A stretch of DNA of 61,586 nucleotides, the filler included. It is 11 parts of 11 records of this genome, joined end to end, with 100 filler letters (N's around TTAATTAATTAA, not from the genome) between each part and the next. Parts side by side here need not be neighbours in the genome. Positions count along the whole stretch, not along the records: positions 21,264 to 29,736 come from SRR15195285_4308; positions 29,837 to 33,334 come from SRR15195285_4311; positions 33,435 to 40,109 come from SRR15195285_4312; 8 more parts are not named here. One strand, 5' to 3'. The notes under the pieces are model-generated. The model was not told the origin of the DNA and did not search any database. It was given only the letters and a program-made list of their open reading frames with translations. Positions 22,107 through 33,827 of this stretch are shown piece after piece (the stretch's first letter is position 1; each line of letters opens with the position of its first letter). The translations under genes were made by a program, and so were the position numbers.

Positions 22107-25100
22107 TCACGTGGCAGCCCGCATTTCAAGTAGCTTGCGTCGCCTGGCCAATAAGTCGGGCGCGTCGAGGGGCGGTAAAGGTGGCGCAACCGAATTAGCG
22201 CCATCTTGGTCGCTGTTGTCAACAGCATGTACGACAGCTACACCTTCCTCCACGGTTGCTCCATCTCTTGGGACTGCTGCACGTAGCTCCAGGAGCCTCC
22301 GACGTTGTTCAGCAGAGCTAAGTCGAGGAGGCGTACCAGCTCGTGGTACCACAGTTGCGCCACCCTCGTCGCTGTTGCCACTAGCCTGCACAACAGCTAC
22401 ACCTGCCTCCTCTCTCGGTACTGCCGCACGTAGCTCCAGGAGCCGACGGCGTTGCTCGGCAGAGCTTGATCGCGGAGGCCTGCCCCGTGGCGGTGTGCCC
22501 GCCACTCGCGGGGTGACGGTGGGTACTCCCTCCTCAGTTGGCTCTGGCTCCCATTCGGGCACTACTGGGGCCCTATCTCGTACCTCTTCGTCGTCATTCG
22601 ATGGGTTACCACGGGTATTCTGCAGTACTGAGAGCGCAGCGCTAGCTGCAATGGACTTGGGAGTACTTGGAGCGCGTGTCCGATTGCTTAAAAGTGCAGG
22701 TGGCAAGGGTGCACTCGGACCGCTGACCAACTGGTAGCCGGACGAGCCATCTTCAGGAGCTTCAGAATCTGTTGGACCATTTTCGCTGTCAGTATCTGTA
22801 TCCAAATCGCTTTCGCTTTCGTCGCCAGCTCGAGATCGATCTGCTAACGCAGCGACCAACGCCTCCGGCATAATACATCCGCAGCACATGATGAGCCCAC
22901 CCACCAGGCCACCTTCGTCGTCACTACTGCCCTTCTTCTTTTCATTCTTCTTTTTCTTCTGATAAGCCTGCTTCTCCTTTCTCTTTGCCAGTTTCTGTGT
23001 GATGATTGTCGATGCACTGGCGCACGCTCCTGTGCCTATGATCAACGCCATAAGGATCAAGTCCTTCCAGCTGAGTGCTGATACTGCCACTTTGGCCGGA
23101 ATGTAAGTGCACGCTTGTGTGCTGTTGTACTTGGCCGAGCTGTTGTGGGCGCCGAAGTCCACTCGAAGCAGTTCCGTTGCATTCATTGTTGAATTTGTGC
23201 CATAGACTCCTGTAGACAGGACAGCCAGGCACGCGCTGCTATCGTCCAACAAAGTGACGGACTCACACGCCAATATGTCTTCAGGACTAGCTGCGTCATG
23301 GTTCGATACGCATGATGCTGCCTCCATATCAGGATCGTTCGCAGAGGCAGAGTTCACGACGCTGAGTGCGCAGGCCAACAGCAGGAATGCCACTTGTTCC
23401 ATAAAGTTGTCTGCGGGACTGACGTATGGCGCCACGCGGTGTGAAACCAACGCAGCCAGAATGAGTAGGATTTGAAGCCAAAGCCCCCACTCGAAGGTTG
23501 GGATGATCTGTCCGCAAATGAATATCATGTTGACAAATAGCTTCAACAGCATCGTAAAAGCAAACCAGCTTGCGGCTTCCTTCGTGGTGACTCTGTACAG
23601 CGCGTCGTAACAGCTCGGGTTGAGCGCTGGAATTTCTCCGAACACAAGTAAATTTTCTTCGGATGCCTTGCCGGATCGCTCTCTGTTAACAATCTGTTTT
23701 TCAATAGCCACAAGCTGAGTTGAACCATCGCGACTGAGCATGCACCACCCACTTACTTTATCTTTGGGCGACAGCCTCTTCTTCTTTTTCTTCTTCGACA
23801 CTTTTCCCTTTCCTCCAGACCCGTCATCGCCTTCACCATCTTCCCAGTCTGTCCAGTCCTCATCCCACTGTTTCTCGATGCGGACGCAAGTCTGACCATC
23901 ATCACGCTCCTTCACCTCGAGTGCACCGACGACTTGACCCGATTGAAGAATATTTGTGGTGCTTGACATCAGTGCCTCGTCGGCATGCACTTGTGTCGGG
24001 TTGATAACTCTGTAATGTGGTCTAATGTACTCTGCGATGCCTTCCTGTTCCCTCTTGATGTTGCTTTTCACTCTGACTGCCAAGAAACCCGGGAGACCGA
24101 TGACAAAGGCAATCGCTGTAATCATCGCGACGATCGTCACATCCCAGTGATGTCCCTCGAAACATGTTATGGACATATCCTCGATGAGGTACCACTTGTC
24201 TGTGAACGCGACATGACGACACATGAGCAGCGTAAAGCACCGACGTGTCAGGGGAGCAAAGGCGAACAAGGAGACGTTCACGAAAGCACGCTTTAGATGG
24301 TGCCGTTTCAATCGCAGCTTGGGAGCATATTTGAGCACGATCAAATACACCAGGATGATCGTAAAGGACGCCCCGACGGGCGAAAGCACTACAACTAAAA
24401 ATGTGTAGATCAGTGGCATGTCAGGGGCCAAACACTTTCCTAGAGATGCCTGCACATCAAAATTCAACAAATCTAGCACCTGCAGTGCGCCCCCGGATTG
24501 CTGCGAGATCAGGCCAAAGGTCTGGACGAAGAAAATTGATGTGCCCATACTAGCAGAAGGTTGACTGACATTGCACCACATCTGAAACTGTGCCAGGGTG
24601 ATCTGTACCTTCGCAGTACCATCTTCTTCCTTTTCCATCCCATCCTTGCCAACCATCTGTTTGATTGTTTTGTTAAGACGATAGTCCCACGACGCCAACG
24701 GATCTCCCATCTGGGTGAGCAGCGACTTCAACTCCTTGCGATCGACGTACTTCTCGCCCTCGTCATTTTCGTTGCGTGCCTTGGTGTTGAAGACAAGCTC
24801 CGCTTGGTCTGGAGGGCAGACGACCTTGGTTGACTTAAACAAGAGAAACAGCCCAGATCCGATAGACGACAACACAGTGGTCGCCAGCGTCACCCAATCT
24901 ACTTTGTCACAGAATACGCATTGACCGGCAACCTTGGTGTAGCTTTCTTCACACGACGCGCACAAAAAGCCTGTGTGGTAGGGCCCACACTGCGCCGTTG
25001 CCTGTGGACCAGAAGAACAGTTGGTGGTCGAGGGCTCACATTGGTAAGATCCCTCGCATGGAATCAGCATCAGAGTGTCTGGAGGAGAGTCGCCAGGTTC

Positions 25101-28100
25101 AATCCATATGCCGGACAATGGACAGATGACAGCTTTTGAGATCGGACCACCTGGACAGACTTTCGCGCTATCCCAGCTCACTGGCTCGCCGCGCGACACA
25201 CCATCAATGCAAGGCCCGGGTATCTCAGTATCGCCGCATCTTTGTGTGTCCAGTGACGTGCACGGATGGCACATGGTAAAGTCAGGAGTGCGACTAGACG
25301 ACAGGTTTTCCCAATTTCTGTTAATGCTAGTGTGGCCGTACTCGCACACGCAAGCTCCGCCTTTGCCCAGCATTCTTTGTGGACAATCATCACAGTTGGT
25401 GCGATCGTTGTTCGCTACTTTGCCGTCTAGACATTCTTCGCACGTGCCTAGTAGAGAGAACGTGTTGCCAGTGCACGTGACACACACGGAGCTGTTGCCG
25501 TTGGGCTCTTTTCCTGGCAAGCATTGCTCGCACATGTTCTCGTTGAGCTTCACCTTCCCACGCGGGCAAGTGGTACAGACGGCAGCTTCCTCTTCTCGGA
25601 TCATGAACCCAGGACAGGTGTAATCCCGCGGCAAGTGCTGATTTGGGGCTGGCGTCATAACGCCTGAACGCCGCAACAAACTATTGGAGTCGTCAAGCTG
25701 GTGTTGCAGGCGTACGAGGGAAACGGCAGGATCAGCAGATGCAATTGTGAAGTCCAGCGTCATCGTCAAGAGCGTACTGGCTTCGTCTTGCAATCTTCGC
25801 TGAGACCCTTCCGAGATTCCATTGACAACGATTTCAGAGACATTGATGCCCATCGCTGCAGCTAGCTCTCCGACCGCGGCAGAAACAAAAGCTTCTCTTG
25901 CCACTGAGTCATTCAGAGACACGTTGACGAGCACCAAACTTGAGGTCACTTGCATCGTTGCCATCTGACTCAGATCTGTACCTGCAGGTAGCTCTGGTAA
26001 CTTGCAGCCGTCACCGATATCAAGGTCTGACTCTCCCACGTAACCGGGAGGGCAAGGTGAGCAGGTTCGACGCATACCAGCGAGTGAATCGTCGCAGTCA
26101 GTAGTGACATCGCAGTTGCCATTGATTCCGTTGCCCGGTAAGGAAGCATCGCACTCGTCTAGATCAACACATGGGTCTCCACTGATGGCGCCGCTGCTGC
26201 TCTTGGGTGCCCTGCCGGGCTCGCACTGGGTGCATTCTGCACATGCCATTTCGCTGCAATACGTCAGACTCGGGCATTCTAGACATGTCACTCCGTGACC
26301 ATTGCCATCGTTTGAGTACGTTCCCGGCTTGCAGGCATCACAGTGTCCTACTGTGTCATCGTTGCGCACTTCGAAACCGGCGTCACACCAGCCGAATAAG
26401 CAGTCATTTCCATACTTGTTGGGGAACGTCCTTGGTGGTTCACATGGGCGGGAGTGTACATACACGGCAGACATGCTGGACGAAAACGAGCTTTCCGGTG
26501 CTGCCGGGCTCGGGTGCCACTCACAGCAAGAACTGCCGTTGCGCCAATCGCAACATTCCAAGGCTGCCAGAGGCTTGATTTCACGCTGGCCTGCGACAGT
26601 CATGACGCGCAGCAGAAACGTGCCGTTGTATGGCGCTATTGCTTCCGCCTTGACCTGCTGGCTGACGAAATCATACGCCATGTCGAATGTACGCACTACT
26701 GCATTGTCTCGCCAAGCTGTCTGCAAGTGCACCTGAATTCTTGCTAGTTCCTCACTTGGAGCTGCAGGCTCAAATATATAGTTACCCCAACGATCCACTG
26801 GCTGTAGGGTAATGGTAAAGGACCCACCGGGCATTAGCAGCTGATCTCCGTCTTCGCCTGCGTAAAATGAGACCTCATAAAACGATGTTGCAGCAGAGAA
26901 GTAAGCCGCATCAGTCACAACTTCCATCCTGGCAGTAACGTCCCACTGGGCATCTTTAGCAGGAACAAAAAGTTGCACCGTCTCCACATAAGTGTTCTCT
27001 GTCCAGACTTCTTCTACGGCAACATACTTAATTGACAGCTCTTGCTTTTCAGAAACCTGCAGTGTCGCAGCACACGGTCCCAGTCCTTCCCAGCTAGCAG
27101 AGCTCATCTCAATCCATGGTAAGTTCTCTATGGTACACACTCGGTCTCTTGACGACGGACACTCATCCAGCTGACCACGGCAATGGCAATTGCATCGGGC
27201 AACCTCCCAAGCCAACACTTCCGGCATCACATTCCACACCAAAATGTTGTGTGTGTGAGTAGCTTCGGGATTCAGAGTCGCAGAGAGTTGCTGGGGAATA
27301 GCTACAATGGCTAGATTTGGCGCAGAAACGTTATACTGCACTGGGACTTGGACAAGTGACATATTTCCTGGCGCATTACTCTGGATCTGCAAAGTAGCAT
27401 AATACGGCGATCCACTTTCTCCTCTTGTGGACCCTCCTTGAAACTGTATCCCCAGTGTACGTTGGCCACCAGGTAGAACAGGCACAGTGAAATCTGGTGG
27501 TGTACCAGGCACATCCTGGTACAAAGTCGCCCATGGCACTCTTGCTGCAGACCCGTCATCCAACATCTCGATTGTCGAGATAAATAGTGACGACGTACCC
27601 GGGTTCGAAACAATCAGTTCAGCTTCAGCCGCTGATGTTGTCAACGATGCAACTCGAACCACACTCGGAGTCACGACAATTTCCGTCCCTGCGTATAAGT
27701 TGGCGTCGCAGAGCTCGCCACTCCATCCCTGCTTGCACACACAGCTGAAAACCATCACGCCATCATCACAGCTCAATGTACCGGCAGCATAGCACGGGTT
27801 GCTGCTACACTCGTTGATGGCCTCGTCGCAAGTGGCGCCTCCCCATCCCGTCGAAGTACAATTGCAAAAGAAAGCTGCACAAACAGAAAACATATGTCAT
27901 TGCAAGTTTGCACCCAAATTCGTACGCGCAAGAGTCGACATGGGGCGACAGCAGCATGGAGTCACACACATGAGTATACCGAGGTGTGTACAGCGAGAGA
28001 CCTAGCATGCAACTACGGCGGCACAAACACCAGAGAGCTGGACAGGACGACGTACAGTCAATTCCATCCGTACAGGGAGCCCCGTTGGCGCATGGCGCAC

Positions 28101-29736
28101 TCGCGCACTCATCTACCCAAGTGCAAACTCTGCCTGAATCGATAGTCGCGTAACCTGCATCACACGTGCACTGCGGCTCGTTGTTCACCATTGCACACGT
28201 TGCATGGTCAGGATCACAATCATTTCGTGTCCCGCAACCTTCCATGACGTTCTCACACAAATCACCTGAATAGCTTCCAACACACATGCACGTAAATGAC
28301 GCAATGAAATCCAAGCAGAGCGCCCCATTCTGGCACGGGGCGCTGGAACATTCGTCGATATCGACGGTACATAGGTCACTTTCCCAACCAGGTGTGCAAA
28401 CACAGCCTGCCGTATCGTTGCGACACGCCCCGCCGTTCATACATGCACAGCTGTTGCAATTGTCACCAGCCCACCCAACTTCACACTCGCACGAGTACGA
28501 AGCACTCAACAAATCATCGCAACGGCCACGCTGACAAGGCTCACTAGCGCACTCGTCCGTGTTCACTTCGCACAGCGAACCTTCCCAGCCGGGCATACAT
28601 GTGCAGCCGCCGTCAGAACCGCCGCACACACCTCCGTTGTTGCACGCACAAGATGCACAGTTGTCCCCAACCCACGCAGCCTGTCACGGTCGCATAAGCA
28701 GCAGCAAGCACTCTGGTTGGATATCACGTGATGATGGACAGTCTAGAAGGGTAAAAACTCACCTCACAGTCGCAGGAGTATGCCGCAATCGAATCGGTGC
28801 AATCACCATGGATGCAAGGGGTGCTACTGCACTCGTCAATGTCCCTTTCGCACATGTTTCCTGCATACCCTGCAGCACACTCACACGTAAACGAGTCGAC
28901 AGGGACACTCACCCCAGCAGATGAGTTCGATTCGTAGCAAGCTCCACCGTTCCGACACGGTATGCTCATGCACTCATCTATATCTGCACCACAACGAAAG
29001 CCTGTCCAGCCGGCCGAGCACTCACACGCAACGGAATGAATCCAACCCCGTTCGATGCATGCTCCATGCACGCAAGGACAATCCACGCACTCCATAAAGT
29101 CTTCACTCACGACTGTAGGCAACTCGCAAACCTGACAGCAGACTTCTGGATCTCTACTGAACATCAAGCCTGCGCTTTGGATCAGCACAGAGTCGATCGG
29201 GCACAGCACATCTGAGTGTAGGTCTTCGTTAGTATTCGCTATACAGCGTCCTGCTACAATGCAATCGGCAATCGAAGTACTTCCAGCAGCAGCTGTGACT
29301 GTACCAACGGCGCACTGAATGCAACCAGATTCATCAGAGCTGCCAATTTCAGAAGAATATTTGCCGAATCCGCATCGTTCGCACACTCTAGTGCCCGCCT
29401 CGGCAGCAAACTGACCAGCGGCACAAACTGTGCACAACGTTGCGTTAGCTGAACCAGTGTCGTTCAAAAATTGTCCAGGTCTGCATGCGATGCACGCAGA
29501 AGCGCTGTCACTACCACCTACGTCCACATATCTTCCAACAGCACAACCGATGCAATCGCCATCGCTGTCGCTACCAAGTGCTTCACTGTACTTGCCTGGA
29601 TCGCAATCAAAACAGTCTGCAGAATCGTCGCTGCCATTGTATGGACCAAACTTTCCAGCAGCACAGTCAATGCAATCTGCGACACGATCGCTGCCTGTCA
29701 CCTCATTGTACTTCCCAGCGACGCAGTCAATGCAGT
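22107..29736 (-). CDS. Large cell-surface receptor-like protein (5'-truncated): Cys-rich GCC2/GCC3/TNFR-like repeats, Notch-type EGF repeats, Ig-like stalk, multipass TM region
   Basis: Repeats of CxxCxAGKY and CxxDIDECxSxPC in ORFs 28724-29701, 27805-28629 and 22107-27893, separated by GT-AG introns. CGPYHTGFLCASC precedes several hydrophobic helices. Confidence 0.85.
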
Positions 29737-29958
29737 NNNNNNNNNNNNNNNNNNNNNNNNNNNNNNNNNNNNNNNNNNNNTTAATTAATTAANNNNNNNN
29801 NNNNNNNNNNNNNNNNNNNNNNNNNNNNNNNNNNNNTCTGGCGCCTCACCTCGGGCGTAGCACTCAATTTTGCATCATGCTCCATGCAGCATCGCGCGCG
29901 TGCGTGCCCATGCTGGGCACAGCCTGAGGGCTGAGGTTGGGATCGTGGCGGCTGTGGT

Positions 29959-30996
29959 ATGAACAGTACTAGTATGCTCTCGCAGATAGTCACCCACCTT
30001 CTGCACTCCCAACACTCCAAGCCGCAGCGCCAGCACCAAGCAGTCAATTGCAGTTCTGCCCGGCGGCGGCAGCAGCAGTACCAGCCACTCGACAGCACTG
30101 CGATTGAGCTGCAGCGCTGCGCTGCTTCTACCGCTGGTGTGGACCCTGTCGTTGGCTTCAGCGACCCTCGACTTCGCTGGCTTAACCACCCTGCACAGTG
30201 GAACAATGAGCTGCCGCCTGATGCTGACGCGCAGACGGAAGGCTTCGGTGGCAGCGCCGAGATTGCAAGTGACGGTACCACCCTCACGCTCACACCACCT
30301 GCGAAGAAGGACTTCTGGCGCCGCACGTACTATGAGCCGACGATGATCAAGGGCGACGCGTCTGCGCTGCTGTGTGAGGTAGGGGCGGATGAGGAAGCCA
30401 CGCTGGAATTGACGTTCTCGTTCGTGGCTGTCGAGCAGTTCGATCAGTGTGGTGCCTTTGTCTACATCGACGAGACGCACTGGCTGAAAGCGGGTATCGA
30501 GTGGGCGGACGGGGTGCCTCGGTTGTCCTGCGTGTGTTGCAATGTGTTCTCCGACTGGAGCGTCATGCCTTGGGAGAACACAGCAGCGCGCATCCGGCTA
30601 CATAAAGTCAACCAGGGATCTTCTGTCGTAATGGAGGCGAACACCGTCGATGGTGATGATGACGACTGGCAGTTCGTCCGCATCTGCCACCTCTCCCCGC
30701 AGGTTGGTGACCGAAGCATTGGCGTGAACGATGAGCCCACCTCTGCAGGGTCCAGCGCATTGAAACCATGGTTTATGGGGCCTTTTGGTGAGCCTGAATG
30801 ACTATTCGTACCCCTTCAGCAGTTCAAGCGTTCACGTGAGTCACTGACCGCTAGGTGTTTGTGGATTGGTACACAACGTGCAGGCGCATGTGCGCTGGCT
30901 CAGAAAGGCAACGTTTGTACATTTAGCGACTTTCGCGTCGGTCCACTCATCCCTCTAGTTCATGAAGCAGAGGGGAACGATTTTGGGCAAGCGTAG
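29959..30996 (+). CDS. DUF1349 / Ree1-like concanavalin-fold protein
   Basis: KKDFWRRTYY, EQFDQCG, WLKAGIEWADG, FSDWS and WQFVRI motifs. Intron 30788-30883 adds GACALAQKGNVCTFSDF and a stop at 30996. Confidence 0.85.
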
Positions 30997-31152
30997 TTGT
31001 AGGGTTCAATATACTCAAGGTTGTTCCCCGTCGTGATGCTCTACTATCCTAATTGTAGTAGTGCGTCATCGCCAGCGTCGGCTCCCTCCTGTGACGCCGC
31101 CCGAACAAGCTAGTGACACAGGGCACAACGCTATGCTCAAAAGTATTTCCTA

Positions 31153-31383
31153 TTAATCGGACTGTGCGTCCATGATGACGTTCGACTCGCCACTGAGGTG
31201 AAATATACCCCAGGGACCAGCTGCCTGCTCCTTCTTCCACGCTGCTCGCATCGCCCGCAAGTCCTTAAAGCCTAGCCGCTTTGTCACGACTTGCGACCAC
31301 GCCCTCGCGAACGCATCCCGGTGCGCCTGCGAAAGCTTCGCCTTCCCTTCACCACTCTTCCCACCTGTTTTGCGGACCTTATC
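31153..31383 (-). pseudogene. Orphan sulfotransferase-like C-terminal fragment
   Basis: KVRKTGGKSGEGKAKLS...AW...LGF resembles the RKGxxG 3'-PAPS-binding C-terminus. No upstream PAPS motif is visible before the neighbouring gene. Confidence 0.35.
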
Positions 31384-31663
31384 TGTAAGCTCTCGCGGCC
31401 GTACTGCGATGCATTGGTGGGTGGAAAGCTGGTGGCATCCGCGGCCGCAATGAGCAAGCTCGTGGTAAACATGGAATGGTCGGCGAATCCGTCGACACGG
31501 TTTATACGCCGATACTAGTAGTGGCTGCTGAGGGAGCCAACGTGAATAGTAGCGAATGGGATAGTGTGGGATATAGAGAATATGAATCATTTCAGTGCAT
31601 ATTCGGTCGCGCGACATCGTGTGGTGCTCTGTGTCCAGTTGCAGCGCATCTTAAGCCCCAGGC

Positions 31664-33334
31664 TCAGGGCTCAGAATCAGGTGCAGGCAACTCTCCCACC
31701 GCCGCTGCTGCGTCTTTCGACTCCCCTGCTGTTTGACCTGGTGTACTAGATATCAACTCCGCAGGCCGTGTTTCCGCCTCCACTTTGTCGGTAGCTGATG
31801 TGGAAACTTCTTGTGAAGCTGATTTCGACCCATCTGGCTGCGGCTGAACAGCTGTTTTTGAGTCTCCGCTGGCCCCACCAAGCTGTTTAAGTTTGGTATT
31901 TCCTGGCAGCGCAGCAAGGAAGCCTGCGGCCTTCCACCTACCACGTGCTTGGGTACCCAGCTGAGCTTGTTTATCACGTTTTCTTGCACCTTCCCGCCGG
32001 GCAACCTCTGTCAGATGCTCGTCTCTATCTACATCACTTCTAGCCTTCCCAATTTCTGCGGTTGGGTTTGTCATGATCCGTTTGAGCTCGACCTGCCGAG
32101 CCTTTTCACTGACCAGGCGCTGTCTCTGCTTCATGTATTCGCTTAAAATGTTGATGTTGATCGCCTAACCGACCGACCACGCACAACAGCAAACATGTCA
32201 ACAATGCAACCGATGAAGACAACAAGACACCAATGTTATGGCTAGATCCGATGCAACAAGTCATCCGTAGCACTAGATACCAAACGCCCATCATCAAAAT
32301 TTGGCATTATTGCTTACAAATATTTCTAGGCCGATGAGGTCGAACAGGAATGAGAAAGCTACTGCCGATGAAGAATCGGGTACCATGTCACCAAGCCCGA
32401 CCGTTGATAAAGTGACGACACAGAAGTAAAACGAGTCACCGAAGCTCCAGCCTTCAACCGTCCTGCACATGCAGCATGACACAGCACAACACATCAAAGT
32501 TCGTACACAACGGCAGCAGTGTCCTCAGTTATGCACCGAGTATGGTAATCTTTGCATGTTCAGCACAAACCACGCATATTAGTACTTGTGGACGCACCAG
32601 TAAACGACCGAACCGATGACAAGCCATCCAAAGAGTAGCAAAAGAGCAACCAGTTCCCGGTTTTGTTCTTTTGTTGGTTGTGCAATAGGTAAGTGGAGTG
32701 TTTTCACAATGTGCTTAAAATCTTCCAGTGAATATTGCGGTTTAGTATCTGAGTCCCGATTGCCCTTGCCATCATTTGAAAACGCCGCCTGAAGAAAGTC
32801 GATGTCACACCAGGTTGCTAGGTAGTTCCCTGTAATAGCCACGCAGCCAGCACAGTTCGTGGTGAGGACGGTGACGGAGTTGTACAACTCGATGACGCAT
32901 GGGTGGTGGAACCTCACCGTTCGAGCCACGTGACAGCCCCAAAAGCTTATTGGACGCCTCAGCCACCTATCCCACCGACAAAACCTGTCAAACTTTTAAC
33001 GCTCTATCAAACAGACATCCTCGAACAATTTGGGACAACGTACCTCGCTCCGAGACAGCCAGTTGTTCTTGTTCTTGTCCGCCTGTTCAAATGCAACCTG
33101 TGCTTCATCCGCACCAAGCGCCCCTAGAGGAATACCGAGGAATCGCTCGTGATTGTCGAGCCAACTGAGAATGGCTTTGCTGAATGCAGACAGCGCCCAA
33201 GCAGTTGTTGGAATCCCCAGAAATACGCAAACAATCAGCCACGCTTTTCCATTGTCTGTTTCTGGCGCTACCTTGCCGTATCCGATCGTTGTGATAATCG
33301 CGAAGCTGGTATCGAAGTTCATTTGAATTGAAGT
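31664..33334 (-). CDS. Two-pore-domain K+ channel (K2P/TPK-like) with EF-hand, 5'-truncated, multi-exon
   Basis: Pore 1 ITTIGYGKVAPET, pore 2 WSFGDSFYFCVVTLSTVGLGDMVP, and EF-hand AFEQADKNKNNWLSRSE between them. Confidence 0.85.
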
Positions 33335-33604
33335 NNNNNNNNNNNNNNNNNNNNNNNNNNNNNNNNNNNNNNNNNNNNTTAATTAATTAANNNNNNNNNN
33401 NNNNNNNNNNNNNNNNNNNNNNNNNNNNNNNNNNTCCCGAACGTACTCTGAGATCTAGTACCGTACCGCCGGGGTACTAGATCTAGTAGCTATTTTGGGA
33501 CGAACTGCGCCAAAAATGTCATCGGAACCCAAATTCTGCAGTGGTGGAAATCGGCATGATGATGATGATGGCGGGGCTCTAGACATGATGATGGCGCTCC
33601 GGCT

Positions 33605-33755
33605 GCTGGGCCCGACCCTCTTCCGCTTCCGGTTCCTCTGTTGAGGCACGCCGTTAGGCTTGAGGCGGCCATCAGGCTGGGCCCGACCCTCTTCCGGTTC
33701 CTGTCTCTGTGTTCAGGCACGCCGTTAGCTCTAGGCTTGGGGGCAATCAGGCTGG
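33605..33755. repeat. Imperfect tandem duplication (2 copies of about 70-80 bp) upstream of a gene
   Basis: GCTGGGCCCGACCCTCTTCC...GGTTCCT...AGGCACGCCGTTAG...ATCAGGCTGG occurs twice. Confidence 0.75.
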
Positions 33756-33827
33756 CTGGTCTGGCTCGCTTTGCGAGGTCTTGCCCGCTGCCCAACCCGC
33801 GGCTGAGTGTTCGGGTGGGGAGGGAGG

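Noticed and set aside
33605-33755. Tandem repeat as a possible CRISPR-like array
   Set aside because: Only two degenerate copies, no unique spacers, no cas genes, and a eukaryotic context.
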